DNA of 63,469 bases, filler included, from Licmophora abbreviata (GCA_900291995.1; 22 parts of 22 records of this genome joined end to end with filler, not necessarily neighbours in it), one strand, 5' to 3'; counted from the first letter of the whole stretch, positions 30,319 through 41,801 are shown. Made by a program: numbers and translations. The notes: generated by a model not told the origin, from the letters alone.

Positions 30319-30334
30319 CCACTACATGTAGTGG
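30319..30334. promoter_or_regulatory. Distal NrdR-box-like perfect palindrome
   Basis: CCACTACATGTAGTGG. Confidence 0.6.
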
Positions 30335-30440
30335 TCATTTCCTAGGCATCCCACCATAGGCAGCGCGTCACGGGGCAAAAATGCCACGGCCCGCACAGAA
30401 TCGGCGGGCCATCATGGCGGCAATCATCAATGTGGAGGAG

Positions 30441-30517
30441 TGGTCGGGGCGGCGAGATTCGAACTCACGACCCCCTGTACCCAAAACAGGTGCGCTACCA
30501 GACTGCGCTACGCCCCG
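30441..30517 (-). tRNA. tRNA-Pro(TGG)
   Basis: Reverse complement CGGGGCGTAGCGCAGTCTGGTAGCGCACCTGTTTTGGGTACAGGGGGTCGTGAGTTCGAATCTCGCCGCCCCGACCA. Confidence 0.97.
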
Positions 30518-30560
30518 GACCGTGTGCGTGTCTACTCTGCCGGATCAGGATTGAAAAGGC

Positions 30561-31043
30561 CTAACAGGACCATGCCGCGCGATCTTGGGCGATTGCGGGA
30601 TGCCGCAACTGAGTACCGCGCGCGATCCCCATCTGCCTCGCAAGGCCGCCATTGATCTCGAACACATACTGGATGTTGTCACCGCCGAATTTCGGGCGCA
30701 GATCGCCCGGCTGTGCTTGGTGATGCACATGTTGCACCGTGCCGGTGTTGTCCACGAAGATGATGTCCAGCGGGATCAGGGTGTTCTTCATCCAGATCCC
30801 CACCCGTCTGGGCGCAGGATACACGAAAAGCATGCCCGCACTGCGAGGCATGCTTTCGCGATTCATGAGGCCCTGTGCACGCTCGGCATCGTCATCCGCC
30901 ACTTCGACGGAGAAACGTGCTTCGCCCCAGGCACCCCTGAGATTGACCTGCTCTTCCCGACACTCGGACGCCCAGGCCGGCAGGCCCAGGCAGACGATCA
31001 GAACCAAAGCGCTTAGCGCGGTTCCCTTACGGCCATTTCCCAT
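30561..31043 (-). CDS. DUF192 family exported protein
   Basis: VEVAD...RAQGLM, GMLFVY, WMKNTLIPLD, EINGG. Confidence 0.9.
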   Translation of the reverse strand: MGNGRKGTALSALVLIVCLGLPAWASECREEQVNLRGAWGEARFSVEVADDDAERAQGLMNRESMPRSAGMLFVYPAPRRVGIWMKNTLIPLDIIFVDNTGTVQHVHHQAQPGDLRPKFGGDNIQYVFEINGGLARQMGIARGTQLRHPAIAQDRAAWSC

Positions 31044-31546
31044 CCACACACCTCAGTGGCCATACGGCCACGTTTGCCTTCGATCACACGCATGGCAAGC
31101 GCTTCACCCGGCTGCAAATCTGCCAGACCCGAGCGACGCAGAACCTCGACATGCACGAAGACATCCTCGTCACGGCCGAACGTATTGGCAAAACCGAAGC
31201 CCTTACCCTTATCGAACCATTTCACTCTCGCCGGCTCCAATGGGGCCGAGCGGATCACCTCGGGATCGATCTCATCGAGATCGGCCAGACCGGTGCCTTC
31301 CATGTCATCAGGCGGCTCGATTGAATGAACCTCAACCGCCTGAACACCTCTTTCCGTATCTTGTACGTCGATTTCAACGCCTGCGCGATCGGCTACAGAA
31401 CTCTGGCCGAAATTGCGCAACACATTGGCATGTAACAGAATATCAGGACCGCCTTCATCGGCGACAACAAAACCAAAGCCCTTTACAGGGTCAAACCATT
31501 TAACACGTCCTTTTATCCTACGAGTGAGTTCATTTTCTTTGGTCAC
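31013..31546 (-). CDS. Cold-shock protein with two CSD domains
   Basis: GRVKWFDPVKGFGF and ARVKWFDKGKGFGF...DVFVH. Confidence 0.92.
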   Translation of the reverse strand: MTKENELTRRIKGRVKWFDPVKGFGFVVADEGGPDILLHANVLRNFGQSSVADRAGVEIDVQDTERGVQAVEVHSIEPPDDMEGTGLADLDEIDPEVIRSAPLEPARVKWFDKGKGFGFANTFGRDEDVFVHVEVLRRSGLADLQPGEALAMRVIEGKRGRMATEVCGWEMAVREPR

Positions 31547-31669
31547 TTCTTTCCTACCCAAACAGTCTTAATCCCCCAAGACTTCCTAGAGTCTTGCGAT
31601 ACATCAGCACTGAGTTTCAAGCTGAAAATCCATTTTTATCAGCGCCTTGCATTTTGCGCCACGTGAATA

Positions 31670-32275
31670 TCAAGGGTTGAGACGGTGAATTTCCCATTCA
31701 TTTTCAGGGTCTTCGCGTCGCCAGACAAACCTGTCATGCAGTCGAAATGCGCCATCTGCCCAGAATTCGATTTCTACAGGCGACAGACGAAAACCGCCCC
31801 AAAACGGCGGCCGCTCGGGATTCGGTCCCTTTTGGGCGGTGATTTTGGCGACCTTCGCCATCAATGCCGTACGCGATTCCAAAGGCTCCGACTGCCGCGA
31901 GGCCCAGGCCCCCAACCGGCTCTTGAGTGATCGCGACGCGTAATAGGCATCCGCCTCTGGCCCATCCTCGCGGGTCACGGTGCCGCGAATGCGCAGCTGC
32001 CGGCGCAGCGATTTCCAGTGCAGCACCATGGCGGCCTTGCCGGATTGCTCAAGCTCGCGCCCCTTGGCGCTGTTATAGTTGGTGTAGAACCAGAAGCTGT
32101 CGGGACCGATCTCCTTGAGCAGCACCATGCGCACATTGGGAAGCCCGGTCGCGTCCACCGTGGCCAGCGCCACGGCATTGGGGTCGTTGATCTCGCTCTG
32201 CTCGGCCTCTTCCAGCCAATGCTGTGCGATGACGAAGGGATCATCTCCGGCGAAAATGCCTGTTCTGTCGGTCAT
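31670..32275 (-). CDS. pdxH: Pyridoxamine 5'-phosphate oxidase
   Basis: [37 protein letters not shown]. Confidence 0.96.
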   Translation of the reverse strand: MTDRTGIFAGDDPFVIAQHWLEEAEQSEINDPNAVALATVDATGLPNVRMVLLKEIGPDSFWFYTNYNSAKGRELEQSGKAAMVLHWKSLRRQLRIRGTVTREDGPEADAYYASRSLKSRLGAWASRQSEPLESRTALMAKVAKITAQKGPNPERPPFWGGFRLSPVEIEFWADGAFRLHDRFVWRREDPENEWEIHRLNP

Positions 32276-32445
32276 GTCCTGTTTTTCCATTTGCGTGTCT
32301 CATGGCAGCGCCTAGCGAGTCGCTCACCCTCAGGCAAGCTTTCCGTGGTCGTAGAGGGCGCGCGACGCGGGCGCGTTTCGCTTGATGCCCCATCGGCGAT
32401 CGCCTAAAGGGAACAGCAGAACGACAGCTGGGCCGGGGGCAAGAA

Positions 32446-33252
32446 ATGTCAAATCAACTGATGGCGGGCAAGCGCGGTCTCATCATGGGTCTTGCGAACG
32501 ACAAGTCCATCGCCTGGGGAATCGCCAAGGCCTGCGCCGATGCCGGCGCCGAGCTTGCCTTCTCCTATCAGGGTGAGGCGCTCAAGAAGCGCGTGGGCCC
32601 CTTGGCCGAACAGCTTGGCTCGTCCATCGTGCTGCCCTGCGATGTCGGCGACATGGACACGGTCGATGCGCTTTTCTCGGATCTCGAAGCCCAATGGGGC
32701 AAGCTGGATTTCGTCGTGCATGCCATCGGCTTTTCCGACAAGACCGAATTGCGCGGGCGCTATGTCGATACCAGCCGGGCCAATTTCCTGAACACGATGG
32801 ACATTTCGGTCTATTCCTTCACCGCCATCGCGCAGCGCGCCGAAAAGATGATGAACGAAGGCGGCTCGATGCTGACGCTCACCTATTACGGCGCCGAGCA
32901 GGTGATGCCGCATTACAACGTGATGGGCGTCGCCAAGGCCGCACTCGAGGCCAGCGTGATGTATCTGGCCGAGGATCTGGGCAAGGACGGCATCCGCGTC
33001 AACGCGATCAGCGCCGGCCCGATCAAGACGCTTGCCGCCAGCGGCATCGGCGATTTCCGCTATATCCTGAAATGGAACGAGCTGAACTCGCCGCTGCGGC
33101 GCAACGTGACCATCGAGGATGTGGGCAAATCCGCGCTCTACCTGCTCAGCGATCTGGGCAGCGGCACCACCGGCGAAGTCCTGCATGTCGACGCGGGTTA
33201 TCATGTCGTCGGCATGAAGGCGGTGGACGCGCCTGATATCGACAAGACCTGA
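32446..33252 (+). CDS. fabI: Enoyl-ACP reductase
   Basis: GLANDKSIAWGIA, YNVMGVAKAALE, SAGPIKTLAA. Confidence 0.97.
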   Translation: MSNQLMAGKRGLIMGLANDKSIAWGIAKACADAGAELAFSYQGEALKKRVGPLAEQLGSSIVLPCDVGDMDTVDALFSDLEAQWGKLDFVVHAIGFSDKTELRGRYVDTSRANFLNTMDISVYSFTAIAQRAEKMMNEGGSMLTLTYYGAEQVMPHYNVMGVAKAALEASVMYLAEDLGKDGIRVNAISAGPIKTLAASGIGDFRYILKWNELNSPLRRNVTIEDVGKSALYLLSDLGSGTTGEVLHVDAGYHVVGMKAVDAPDIDKT

Positions 33253-33397
33253 CACCGGCTCGCCTGGGCCTGCCGTGACCGTGCCAGCCTGCGGATCNNN
33301 NNNNNNNNNNNNNNNNNNNNNNNNNNNNNNNNNNNNNNNNNTTAATTAATTAANNNNNNNNNNNNNNNNNNNNNNNNNNNNNNNNNNNNNNNNNNNN

Positions 33398-33821
33398 GTG
33401 GCGGCTGCAGGATGTCGCACCAGCGGGCGGAGAATGGCGTGCCGTGATCGCCATCACCCGCGGCGGCATGGCCCCTGCGATGATCGTCGCCCGCGAGCTG
33501 GACATTCGCACCGTCGATACGATCAGCGTGAAATCCTACAACCATCAGACCCAGTCCGAGGCGCAAGTCATCAAATCGCCCGACATGGATCTTGTCGGCG
33601 ACGGTGAGGGCGTGCTGATCGTCGATGATCTGGTCGATACCGGGCGCACCCTCAAGGTGGTGCGCGAGTGGATGCCCAAGGCCCATGTGGCGACCGTCTA
33701 TGCCAAACCCATGGGGCGCGACATGGTCGATACCTTCGTGACCGAAGTCAGCCAGGACACCTGGATCTTCTTCCCCTGGGACATGGCGCTTCAATATGTC
33801 GAGCCCTATCGCGGCGCCTGA
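33398..33821 (+). CDS. gpt: Xanthine phosphoribosyltransferase, 5' truncated
   Basis: [25 protein letters not shown]. Confidence 0.93.
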
Positions 33822-33840
33822 CCCCCTATCGGAGACCCGG

Positions 33841-35046
33841 ATGATGCGCCTGCCCCGTACCGCCACCACCTTTGCCCCTCCGGTGATGGAGGCGCGCCGT
33901 TGGCTGGACGGCGTCACATTCCCCGAGGATCGCCCGCTGATCAATGTCAGTCAGGCCGCCCCCGTCGATGTGCCCCCCGAAGCTTTGCGCCAGGTGATTG
34001 CCGAGGCCGCGATGTCAGACCCACAGGCGCATCTTTATGGGCCGGTTCTGGGCAATCCCGAGTTACGCGCTGAACTGGCCGCGCAGTGGTCGGTCGGCTA
34101 TGGCGGCGATGTCACCTCACGACAGGTCGCGATCACCTCGGGGTGCAACGAGGCGTTCTGCGCCAGCATCGCGACGCTCTGCACCGATGGCGACGAAGTC
34201 ATCCTGCCGACGCCGTGGTACTTCAATCACAAGATGTGGCTGGATATCAGCGGCGTGCGAACGATCCCGCTGGCCACCGATGCCGAACTGCTGCCCGATC
34301 CCGACGAGGCCGCGCATCTGATCACCGATCGCACCCGAGCCATCGTGCTGGTCACCCCGAACAACCCGGGCGGGGTGGAATATCCCGCCGATCTGGTGCG
34401 TGCTTTCTTCGAGTTGGCCAAATCGCGCGGCATCGCGCTCATCATCGACGAAACCTACCGCGATTTCGACGCGCGGCCCGGGGCGCCGCATGATCTGTTT
34501 GCCGATCCCGACTGGGGCGACACGCTGATCCATCTCTATTCCTTTTCCAAGGCCTACCGGCTGACCGGACACCGGGTCGGCGCAATGGTCACCGGCACCG
34601 CACGACTGGCCGAGGTCGAGAAATTCCTCGATGCAGTCACCATCTGCCCCAACCAGCTGGGCCAGATCGCAGCGCTTTGGGGGATGCGCAACCTGTCGCA
34701 ATGGCTGGCGGGGGAACGGGCCGAGATCCTAGACCGCCGCGCCGCGATCCATGACAACATGCCTAAGCTGCGCGAAGCGGGATGGCGGCTGATGGGGTGT
34801 GGTGCGTATTTCGCCTATCTCCAGCACCCTTTCGCGCTGCCCTCGAATGAGCTGGCCCCGAAACTCCTGCGCGAGGCGGGCATTCTGCTCTTGCCCGGCA
34901 CGATGTTCCAGCCCGAAGGGTCCGCCGCAGGCGCGCGGCAGATGCGCGTGGCCTTCGCCAATGTGGACCGGCCCCGGATCGGGGTTCTGTTCGACCGTCT
35001 GGCGTCACTGGGCTGGCCTCTTGCCCCTGCCACGGACAGCGCGTAG
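33841..35046 (+). CDS. Class I/II PLP-dependent aminotransferase
   Basis: VTPNNPGG, DETY, SFSKAYRLTGHRVG. Confidence 0.92.
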   Translation: MMRLPRTATTFAPPVMEARRWLDGVTFPEDRPLINVSQAAPVDVPPEALRQVIAEAAMSDPQAHLYGPVLGNPELRAELAAQWSVGYGGDVTSRQVAITSGCNEAFCASIATLCTDGDEVILPTPWYFNHKMWLDISGVRTIPLATDAELLPDPDEAAHLITDRTRAIVLVTPNNPGGVEYPADLVRAFFELAKSRGIALIIDETYRDFDARPGAPHDLFADPDWGDTLIHLYSFSKAYRLTGHRVGAMVTGTARLAEVEKFLDAVTICPNQLGQIAALWGMRNLSQWLAGERAEILDRRAAIHDNMPKLREAGWRLMGCGAYFAYLQHPFALPSNELAPKLLREAGILLLPGTMFQPEGSAAGARQMRVAFANVDRPRIGVLFDRLASLGWPLAPATDSA

Positions 35047-35091
35047 ACAGGTCCGAACCACGAGTATCAAGCCATTTGACGAGGGGGCCGC

Positions 35092-36221
35092 ATGGCAGCC
35101 AAGGGCATATCGAGAACGTTTGTCTGGATCCTGATGGGTCTGCTCATCATCGGTCTGGCGGGCTTTGGCGCGACCAATCTGGGCGGTGCATTCGGCACTG
35201 TCGCCCGCGTCGGCACCGCAGAAATCCGCACGAACGACTATGCCCGCGCCCTGCAGAACGAAATCCGCGCCCGCGAAGCCGAACGTGGCGGGGCCATTTC
35301 ATTCCAGCAGGCCCGCGAGATGGGCATCCCCGATCAGGTGCTGGCACAGCTTGTCACCACCGCCTCCTTCGATCACGAGGCGACCCGTCTGGGGGTCTCG
35401 ATCGGTGACGACAATCTGCGACAGCAGATCCTCGGCATCCCGGCATTCCAAGGGATCGACGGCAATTTCGACCGCGAGGCCTATGCCTTCACGCTAGACC
35501 GGATCGGACTGACCGAAACCGAGTTCGAAGACGACATGCGCGAAGAAACCGCCCGCGCCCTCGTGCAGAGCGCTGTCATGGCCGGTGTGACCGTACCCGA
35601 CGCCTATCTCGAGACCCTGCTGACCTATCTTGGCGAGGAGCGCGACGTCACCTGGGCCGTGCTCGAGCGCGCCGATCTCAGCACCGGATTGCCCACCCCG
35701 ACCGAAGAAGACCTGCGCAGCTATCATCAAGGCAACCTGCCCAGCTTCACGACGCCGGAAACCAAGCGGATCACCTATGCCTGGCTCACGCCCGAAATGA
35801 TCATCGACACGGTCGAGGTGGATGAACAATCCCTGCGCGACGCCTATGAAGAGCGCAGAGACGAGTTCAACCAGCCCGAGCGCCGCCTTGTCGAGCGTCT
35901 GGCCTTTGCGGACATCGGCGCGGCCGAAACCGCGATTGCCGGAATCAACGATGGCAGCACCGACTTCGAAACCCTCGTGGCGCAACGCGGTCTCGATCTG
36001 GTCGATGTGGATCTGGGCGATGTCGCCCGCGAGGATCTGGGCACCGCCGCAGAGGTTGTCTTCGCGGCCCAGGCCGGTGACGTGGTCGGCCCGGTCGAAA
36101 CCGATCTCGGGCCTGCACTCTTCCGGATCAACGCCATTCTTTCCGCACAGGAAACCACCTTCGAAGAGGCCGAACCGCTTCTGCGCGACACGCTTGCCGC
36201 CGACCGCGCCCGGCGCGTCAT
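35092..36221 (+). CDS. ppiD: SurA N-terminal/PpiD-like periplasmic chaperone (peptidyl-prolyl isomerase), 3' truncated
   Basis: N-terminal anchor VWILMGLLIIGLAGFG, PAFQGIDGNFDR, PETKRITY, PERR; usual position upstream of trpE. Confidence 0.85.
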
Positions 36222-36335
36222 NNNNNNNNNNNNNNNNNNNNNNNNNNNNNNNNNNNNNNNNNNNNTTAATTAATTAANNNNNNNNNNNNNNNNNNNNNNN
36301 NNNNNNNNNNNNNNNNNNNNNAAGGGGCGCGGTCC

Positions 36336-37850
36336 GTGGAGCTGACACCAAGTTTCGAGGAATTCGCCACTGGGTTCGAAGCCGGGCGCAATCAGGTGGT
36401 CTACGCCCGTCTTGCGGCCGATCTCGACACGCCCGTGTCGTTGATGCTCAAGCTGACGGGGGCTGCGCGCGATGCCTTCATACTGGAATCGGTGACCGGC
36501 GGCGAGGTCCGCGGGCGCTATTCGATCATCGGCATGAAACCCGATCTGATCTGGCAATGCCATGGCAGCACCAGCCGCATCAACCGACAGGCGCGCTACG
36601 ACACCGACAGTTTCGAGGATCAACAGGGTGATCCCCTGACAAATCTGCGGGCGCTGATCGCCGAAAGCCGGATCGACCTGCCCGAGGACCTGCCCGCGGC
36701 CAGCGCGGGGCTCTTCGGCTATCTTGGCTATGACATGATCCGGTTGGTCGAGCATTTGCCCGATGTGAACCCCGATCCACTGGGCCTGCCCGACGCCGTG
36801 ATGATCCGTCCCTCGGTGGTGGCGGTGCTGGATGGCGTCAAGGGCGATGTAATCGTCGTGGCGCCGGCATGGGCGGCAGACGGACAATCGGCGCGCGCGG
36901 CCTACGCGCAGGCCGCCGAACGGGTGATGGATGCGGTGCGCGATCTTGATCGCGCCCTGCCCCAGCAAGCCCGCGATCTGGGTAAAGCGGCCGCCGAAGA
37001 CAGCGCGCCCGCGTCGAACTTCACCCATGAGGGCTACAAGCAGGCGGTGGAGAAGGCCAAGGACTACATCCGCGCGGGCGATATCTTTCAGGTGGTCCCC
37101 AGCCAGCGCTGGACACAGGAGTTTCGCCAGCCTCCCTTCTCGCTCTACCGCTCGCTGCGGCGCACCAACCCGTCGCCCTTCATGTTCTATTTCAACTTCG
37201 GCGGCTTTCAGGTGGTGGGCGCCAGTCCGGAAATCCTCGTGCGGGTGATGGATGGCGAGGTCACCGTGCGCCCCATCGCGGGCACCCGCCCGCGCGGCGC
37301 CACCTCCGAAGAGGACCGCGCCAACGAGGCTGATCTTCTGTCCGATCCCAAGGAACTTGCCGAACATCTGATGCTTCTGGATCTGGGCCGCAACGATGTG
37401 GGCCGGGTCGCCAGGATCGGCACCGTGCATCCGACCGAGGAATTCATCATCGAACGCTACAGCCACGTGATGCATATCGTCTCGAACGTGGTGGGTGAGC
37501 TGGCCGAGGATCAGGATGCCCTGTCGGCTTTGCTGGCCGGGTTGCCTGCGGGTACGGTATCGGGCGCGCCCAAGGTTCGCGCCATGCAGATCATCGACGA
37601 GCTGGAACCGGAAAAACGCGGCGTCTATGGCGGCGGCGTGGGCTATTTCAGTGCGGGGGGTGATATGGATGTCTGCATCGCGCTGCGCACCGCGGTGGTC
37701 AAGGATGAAAAGCTTTATATTCAAGCCGGTGGTGGTGTCGTCTATGACAGCGATCCCGAGGCGGAATATATGGAAACGGTGCATAAATCCGGGGCCATCC
37801 GGCGGGCGGCGGCGGATGCCGCGCGCTTCAGCGGCGATGGCAATCTTTGA
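36336..37850 (+). CDS. trpE: Anthranilate synthase component I
   Basis: LESVTGGEVRGRYS, NPSPFM, PIAGTRPRG, EHLMLLDLGRND, PAGTVSGAPK. Confidence 0.97.
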   Translation: MELTPSFEEFATGFEAGRNQVVYARLAADLDTPVSLMLKLTGAARDAFILESVTGGEVRGRYSIIGMKPDLIWQCHGSTSRINRQARYDTDSFEDQQGDPLTNLRALIAESRIDLPEDLPAASAGLFGYLGYDMIRLVEHLPDVNPDPLGLPDAVMIRPSVVAVLDGVKGDVIVVAPAWAADGQSARAAYAQAAERVMDAVRDLDRALPQQARDLGKAAAEDSAPASNFTHEGYKQAVEKAKDYIRAGDIFQVVPSQRWTQEFRQPPFSLYRSLRRTNPSPFMFYFNFGGFQVVGASPEILVRVMDGEVTVRPIAGTRPRGATSEEDRANEADLLSDPKELAEHLMLLDLGRNDVGRVARIGTVHPTEEFIIERYSHVMHIVSNVVGELAEDQDALSALLAGLPAGTVSGAPKVRAMQIIDELEPEKRGVYGGGVGYFSAGGDMDVCIALRTAVVKDEKLYIQAGGGVVYDSDPEAEYMETVHKSGAIRRAAADAARFSGDGNL

Positions 37851-37942
37851 ACCGCGCTTGATACAGATCAAAGCTACACTGCCGGATCACCTTTAGACAG
37901 GCCTCACATTCCCATCCCGGAATGTATCTTATCGGAGGCCAC

Positions 37943-38510
37943 ATGACCGTTTTTTCCCGTTTCCTCACCATTCCCGCCCTTGCCATGGCGGTGGCGCTGT
38001 CCACCCCGGCCCTGCCCGTCTGGGCCGACAGCCCGGCTGACGCCATCGACAGTTCGGTCGTTGTGGCCGAGCTGCCTGAAAAGAAGATCAACAAGACCGG
38101 GCTTTACGTCACAGCCGCCGAGTCCATCGCCGCTGTCACCGCCCGCGACGACGTTCTGCTGGTGGATATCCGCAGCCCCGAAGAGGCGATGTTTGTGGGC
38201 TATGCGACGCCTACGGATGTCCTTCTGCCCTTCAAGCTGGTGAACCCGAAACACCCCTACAATGCGAAAAAGAAAATCTTCGGAATGATGGACAACCCCG
38301 ATTTCGTCCCGCAAATGAAGGCATTTCTGGCTGGCAAAGACCCGGCTGCCGTACTGATCATATGCCGGTCGGGTTCGCGCAGCGCGGCGGCTGTCGATGC
38401 GCTGGTCGAGGCCGGGGTGACGGCGCCGCTCTATACGGTGGTCGACGGGTTCGAGGGCGACAAGGCCGAGAGCGGAGCGCGCAGCGTCAATGGCTGGAAA
38501 AATGCCGGCG
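37943..38510 (+). CDS. Exported rhodanese-like sulfurtransferase, 3' truncated
   Basis: Signal peptide; LVDIRSPEE, CRSGSRS active-site loop, DGFEG, NGWK. Confidence 0.85.
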
Positions 38511-38610
38511 NNNNNNNNNNNNNNNNNNNNNNNNNNNNNNNNNNNNNNNNNNNNTTAATTAATTAANNNNNNNNNNNNNNNNNNNNNNNNNNNNNNNNNN
38601 NNNNNNNNNN

Positions 38611-38980
38611 CGTAGGCTCCGGTCGATTTCGCAGCCGCCATCACCTGCGCGCCGCCCGGCAGGGTCTTGGACATGCCGGGCACCGCCGGCAGATCGGTCA
38701 CCGCACCGCGCACCGGAAAGGCAATGGTCCCGTGCCCGCCATTGCGCGACAGCGGCTGATAACTCTTGTCGTTGAATTGTGCGACGATCCATGTGGCCCC
38801 TGCCGGCACGCCCGAGACGCGCATCGGCGGTGTGCCCCCCTTGCCGCCCTGAAGTTGGCAATGCTGTCCCGCGGGGATCTTGCCGCCCGTCCATCCGCCC
38901 ATCAGCTGCGCGCTCATCTCGGCCGAGGCGATTCCGGCGCTGAAGCCAAGGGCCAGAACACTCACCATGACAATTTTCAT
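38611..38980 (-). CDS. Exported hypothetical protein, YbhB/YbcL (PEBP)-like, 3' truncated
   Basis: Signal peptide; TPPMRVSGVPAGAT...ND...GHG resembles PEBP-like proteins. Confidence 0.5.
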
Positions 38981-39091
38981 AACTCATCCCTTTCATCTAC
39001 GGCATCACGGGCGCTCACGGCACCTGTGCTTAAGCAACCAGAGAAAAGCGCACAGGTCCAGTGTGAAGAGCGCCGTGACTGCGGGTGCCGG

Positions 39092-40252
39092 TCAGCGGGC
39101 GCGCAGCACCTCGGAGACCGGCGCAAGCGCCACACGGCTGGCACGGTCCTGCAAGCCCCACAACAGCAGGGCGCTGATCGTATCGGGGCGCAAGCGACCC
39201 ACCATGATGACCCCCACCTCTTCCTGACCAGCGCGGAAGGCCGCCTGATCCAGGAAACGCCGGATCGCGGCGTCATCCTGCCCGGCGCTGTCGAAATCCC
39301 GAAACACCGTGGCCGAGGGCACCCCGGCTTTCGCCGCCAGCTTCTGCGCGGTGTCGAGCCCATCGGGGAACATCACCAGACCATGCCCGGTTTCCAACAG
39401 GATCGCGGCCATCTGTTCGCTGGCGTCACGATTGGCCTGCAGCGCGTCACCGGGCGCTTCCATCACGGCCACCGCTTCGGGCACAGCCTTGAGGAACGTC
39501 TCCATCGCCACCTCTGTATCGGTGGCACTCGCGCCATCGGGCAGATCGGCGATGGCCAGAACCTCGAACCCGGCGGCGCGATAGGCGCCTGAGCGCTGCA
39601 GCGCGCCGGGCCAAGACGCATCGACCGCCATGCTGATCGGATAGGGGAAATCCAGCACCGCATCCGGGCCGATCGGGCTGCTGCCATCGTCAATCAGGAC
39701 GATGGACATGAGCGGCTTGTTGTCCGGATTGGTGAACTCCACCGCGAAACGCTCGATCGCGGGACGGGATGTGTCATCGGCGGCTTCGGGGGTCTGGGCG
39801 CTGTCGGCGCCCTGCCCGGCCTCCTGCTCGGCATCCGGCGCGGGCTCTTCCGGGGTTTCCCGCAGCGAGGGCAGACGATCGGTCGTCACGCCCTGTGCCA
39901 GATTGTCGATCGTGCCCGAAGGTTCGCCAGTGCCGATGGTCCGCGACGCGGGCTGTTCTGTCTGGGCTGTTTCCGGTTCGGCGGTCTCAGGCGCAGCAGG
40001 CTCGGGCGCGGCAGGCTCGGGCGCTGCATCTGCTGGTGCCTCCGAAGGGTCCGTGCCGACGCCGGGGAATACGCCGCTGTTGTTTTCGATCTCGGGCGGT
40101 GCGGGTTGCGCAGGCTCGGTCGAGATCGACAGCGTCCCCTCGCTCGGGGGGGCTTCGGGCGCCATGGATTGCGGACTGGGCAGTACCGGGCTTTCGCTTT
40201 CCACCGCGACCCCCGAGGCCGCGTCTCCGGTGGCGGGCGGCGCAAGGCTCTT
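39092..40252 (-). CDS. Divergent polysaccharide deacetylase family protein, 5' truncated
   Basis: Pro/Glu/Ala-rich linker, then PLMSIVLID, RRFLDQAAFRAGQ, GRLRPDTISAL, LAPVS. Confidence 0.85.
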   Translation of the reverse strand, partial: KSLAPPATGDAASGVAVESESPVLPSPQSMAPEAPPSEGTLSISTEPAQPAPPEIENNSGVFPGVGTDPSEAPADAAPEPAAPEPAAPETAEPETAQTEQPASRTIGTGEPSGTIDNLAQGVTTDRLPSLRETPEEPAPDAEQEAGQGADSAQTPEAADDTSRPAIERFAVEFTNPDNKPLMSIVLIDDGSSPIGPDAVLDFPYPISMAVDASWPGALQRSGAYRAAGFEVLAIADLPDGASATDTEVAMETFLKAVPEAVAVMEAPGDALQANRDASEQMAAILLETGHGLVMFPDGLDTAQKLAAKAGVPSATVFRDFDSAGQDDAAIRRFLDQAAFRAGQEEVGVIMVGRLRPDTISALLLWGLQDRASRVALAPVSEVLRAR

Positions 40253-40352
40253 NNNNNNNNNNNNNNNNNNNNNNNNNNNNNNNNNNNNNNNNNNNNTTAA
40301 TTAATTAANNNNNNNNNNNNNNNNNNNNNNNNNNNNNNNNNNNNNNNNNNNN

Positions 40353-40782
40353 GGCCCCTGCGATCCCGATCAGGCGGGCATCTGCCTTGCGCTGACGCAA
40401 GCCGCCGCCGAGACGCGCACGCCGCTTCCTGGGGGTGTGCCTTGGCCATCAGACCATCGGACAGGCCTTTGGCGGCAAGGTGGTGCGCCATTCCGAGATC
40501 GTGCATGGCAAGATGGGCCAGATGCACCATCACGGCCAAGGCGTGTTTGCCGGCCTGCCCTCGCCCTTCGAGGCGACGCGCTATCATTCTCTGGTGGTCG
40601 AGCGGGACAGCTGCCCCGACGTGCTGCAGATCACCGCCGAGCTGGAGGATGGCACGATCATGGGCCTGCAGCACCGCGACTTGCCGATCCATGGCGTGCA
40701 GTTCCACCCCGAATCGATTGCCTCGCAGCATGGTCATGCGCTTCTGAAGAATTTCCTTGATCTGATGAAGGTGCCGGCATGA
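40353..40782 (+). CDS. trpG: Anthranilate synthase component II, 5' truncated, with a +1 frameshift near 40428 (probable error)
   Basis: [11 protein letters not shown]..., then [20 protein letters not shown] in the next frame. Confidence 0.93.
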
Positions 40783-41801
40783 GCGACCGTCTCAAGCCGC
40801 TGATCGGCACTGCCGCCGAACGCGCCCTGACCCGCGCCGAGGCCGAAGAGGCGTTCAGCTGCCTCTTCGAGGGCGAGGCGACACCGGCGCAGATGGGCGG
40901 GTTTCTGATGGCGCTGCGCACACGCGGCGAGACGGTGGACGAATACGCCGCCGCCGCCGCCGTGATGCGCGCCAAGTGCAACAAGGTCACGGCACCGGCG
41001 GGGGCGATGGACATCGTCGGCACCGGGGGCGATGGCAAGGGCACGCTCAACATCTCGACCGCGACCGCCTTCGTGGTGGCGGGCGCAGGGGTGCCGGTGG
41101 CCAAGCATGGCAACCGCAACCTCAGCTCCAAATCGGGCGCGGCGGATGCGCTGACGCAGATGGGCATCAACGTGATGGTCGGCGTCGGGACGGTGGAGCG
41201 TGCGCTGCGCGAGGTGGGAATCGCCTTCATGATGGCGCCAATGCATCACCCCGCGATGGCCCATGTCGGCCCGGTGCGGGCAGAATTGGGAACAAGGACC
41301 ATCTTCAACATCCTCGGGCCGCTGACCAACCCGGCGGGGGTGAAGCGGCAATTGACAGGGGCGTTCTCGCGCGATCTGATCCGGCCCATGGCTGAAACGC
41401 TCGGACAGCTTGGATCGGAACGCGCCTGGCTCGTGCACGGCGCGGACGGCACCGACGAGATGTCGATTTCCGGCGTCACATGGGTCGCCCAACTCGACGA
41501 GACCGGCGCGGTGACCGACACCGAACTGCATCCCGAAGCGTTCGGCCTGCCGGTGCATCCGTTCGAGGACATTCTCGGCGGTACGCCCGAGCATAACGCG
41601 GCGGCCTTCCGCGCGCTGCTGGACGGCCAGCATGGCGCGTATCGCGATGCGGTGCTGCTCAATGCGGCGGCTGCCCTTGTGGTGGCGGGCCATGCGGGCG
41701 ATCCCAATGAAGGGGTTGCACAGGCCGCCGAAAGCATCGATTGCGGGGCTGCGCGCGGCAAGATCGAGGCCCTCGCCAAAGTGACATCGGAGGCGACATG
41801 A
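40779..41801 (+). CDS. trpD: Anthranilate phosphoribosyltransferase
   Basis: [31 protein letters not shown]. Confidence 0.97.
   Translation: MSDRLKPLIGTAAERALTRAEAEEAFSCLFEGEATPAQMGGFLMALRTRGETVDEYAAAAAVMRAKCNKVTAPAGAMDIVGTGGDGKGTLNISTATAFVVAGAGVPVAKHGNRNLSSKSGAADALTQMGINVMVGVGTVERALREVGIAFMMAPMHHPAMAHVGPVRAELGTRTIFNILGPLTNPAGVKRQLTGAFSRDLIRPMAETLGQLGSERAWLVHGADGTDEMSISGVTWVAQLDETGAVTDTELHPEAFGLPVHPFEDILGGTPEHNAAAFRALLDGQHGAYRDAVLLNAAAALVVAGHAGDPNEGVAQAAESIDCGAARGKIEALAKVTSEAT

Noticed and set aside
39960..40030. Short tandem repeats (GCAGGCTCGGGCGC x2)
   Set aside because: They encode the low-complexity APEPA linker of the divergent polysaccharide deacetylase.
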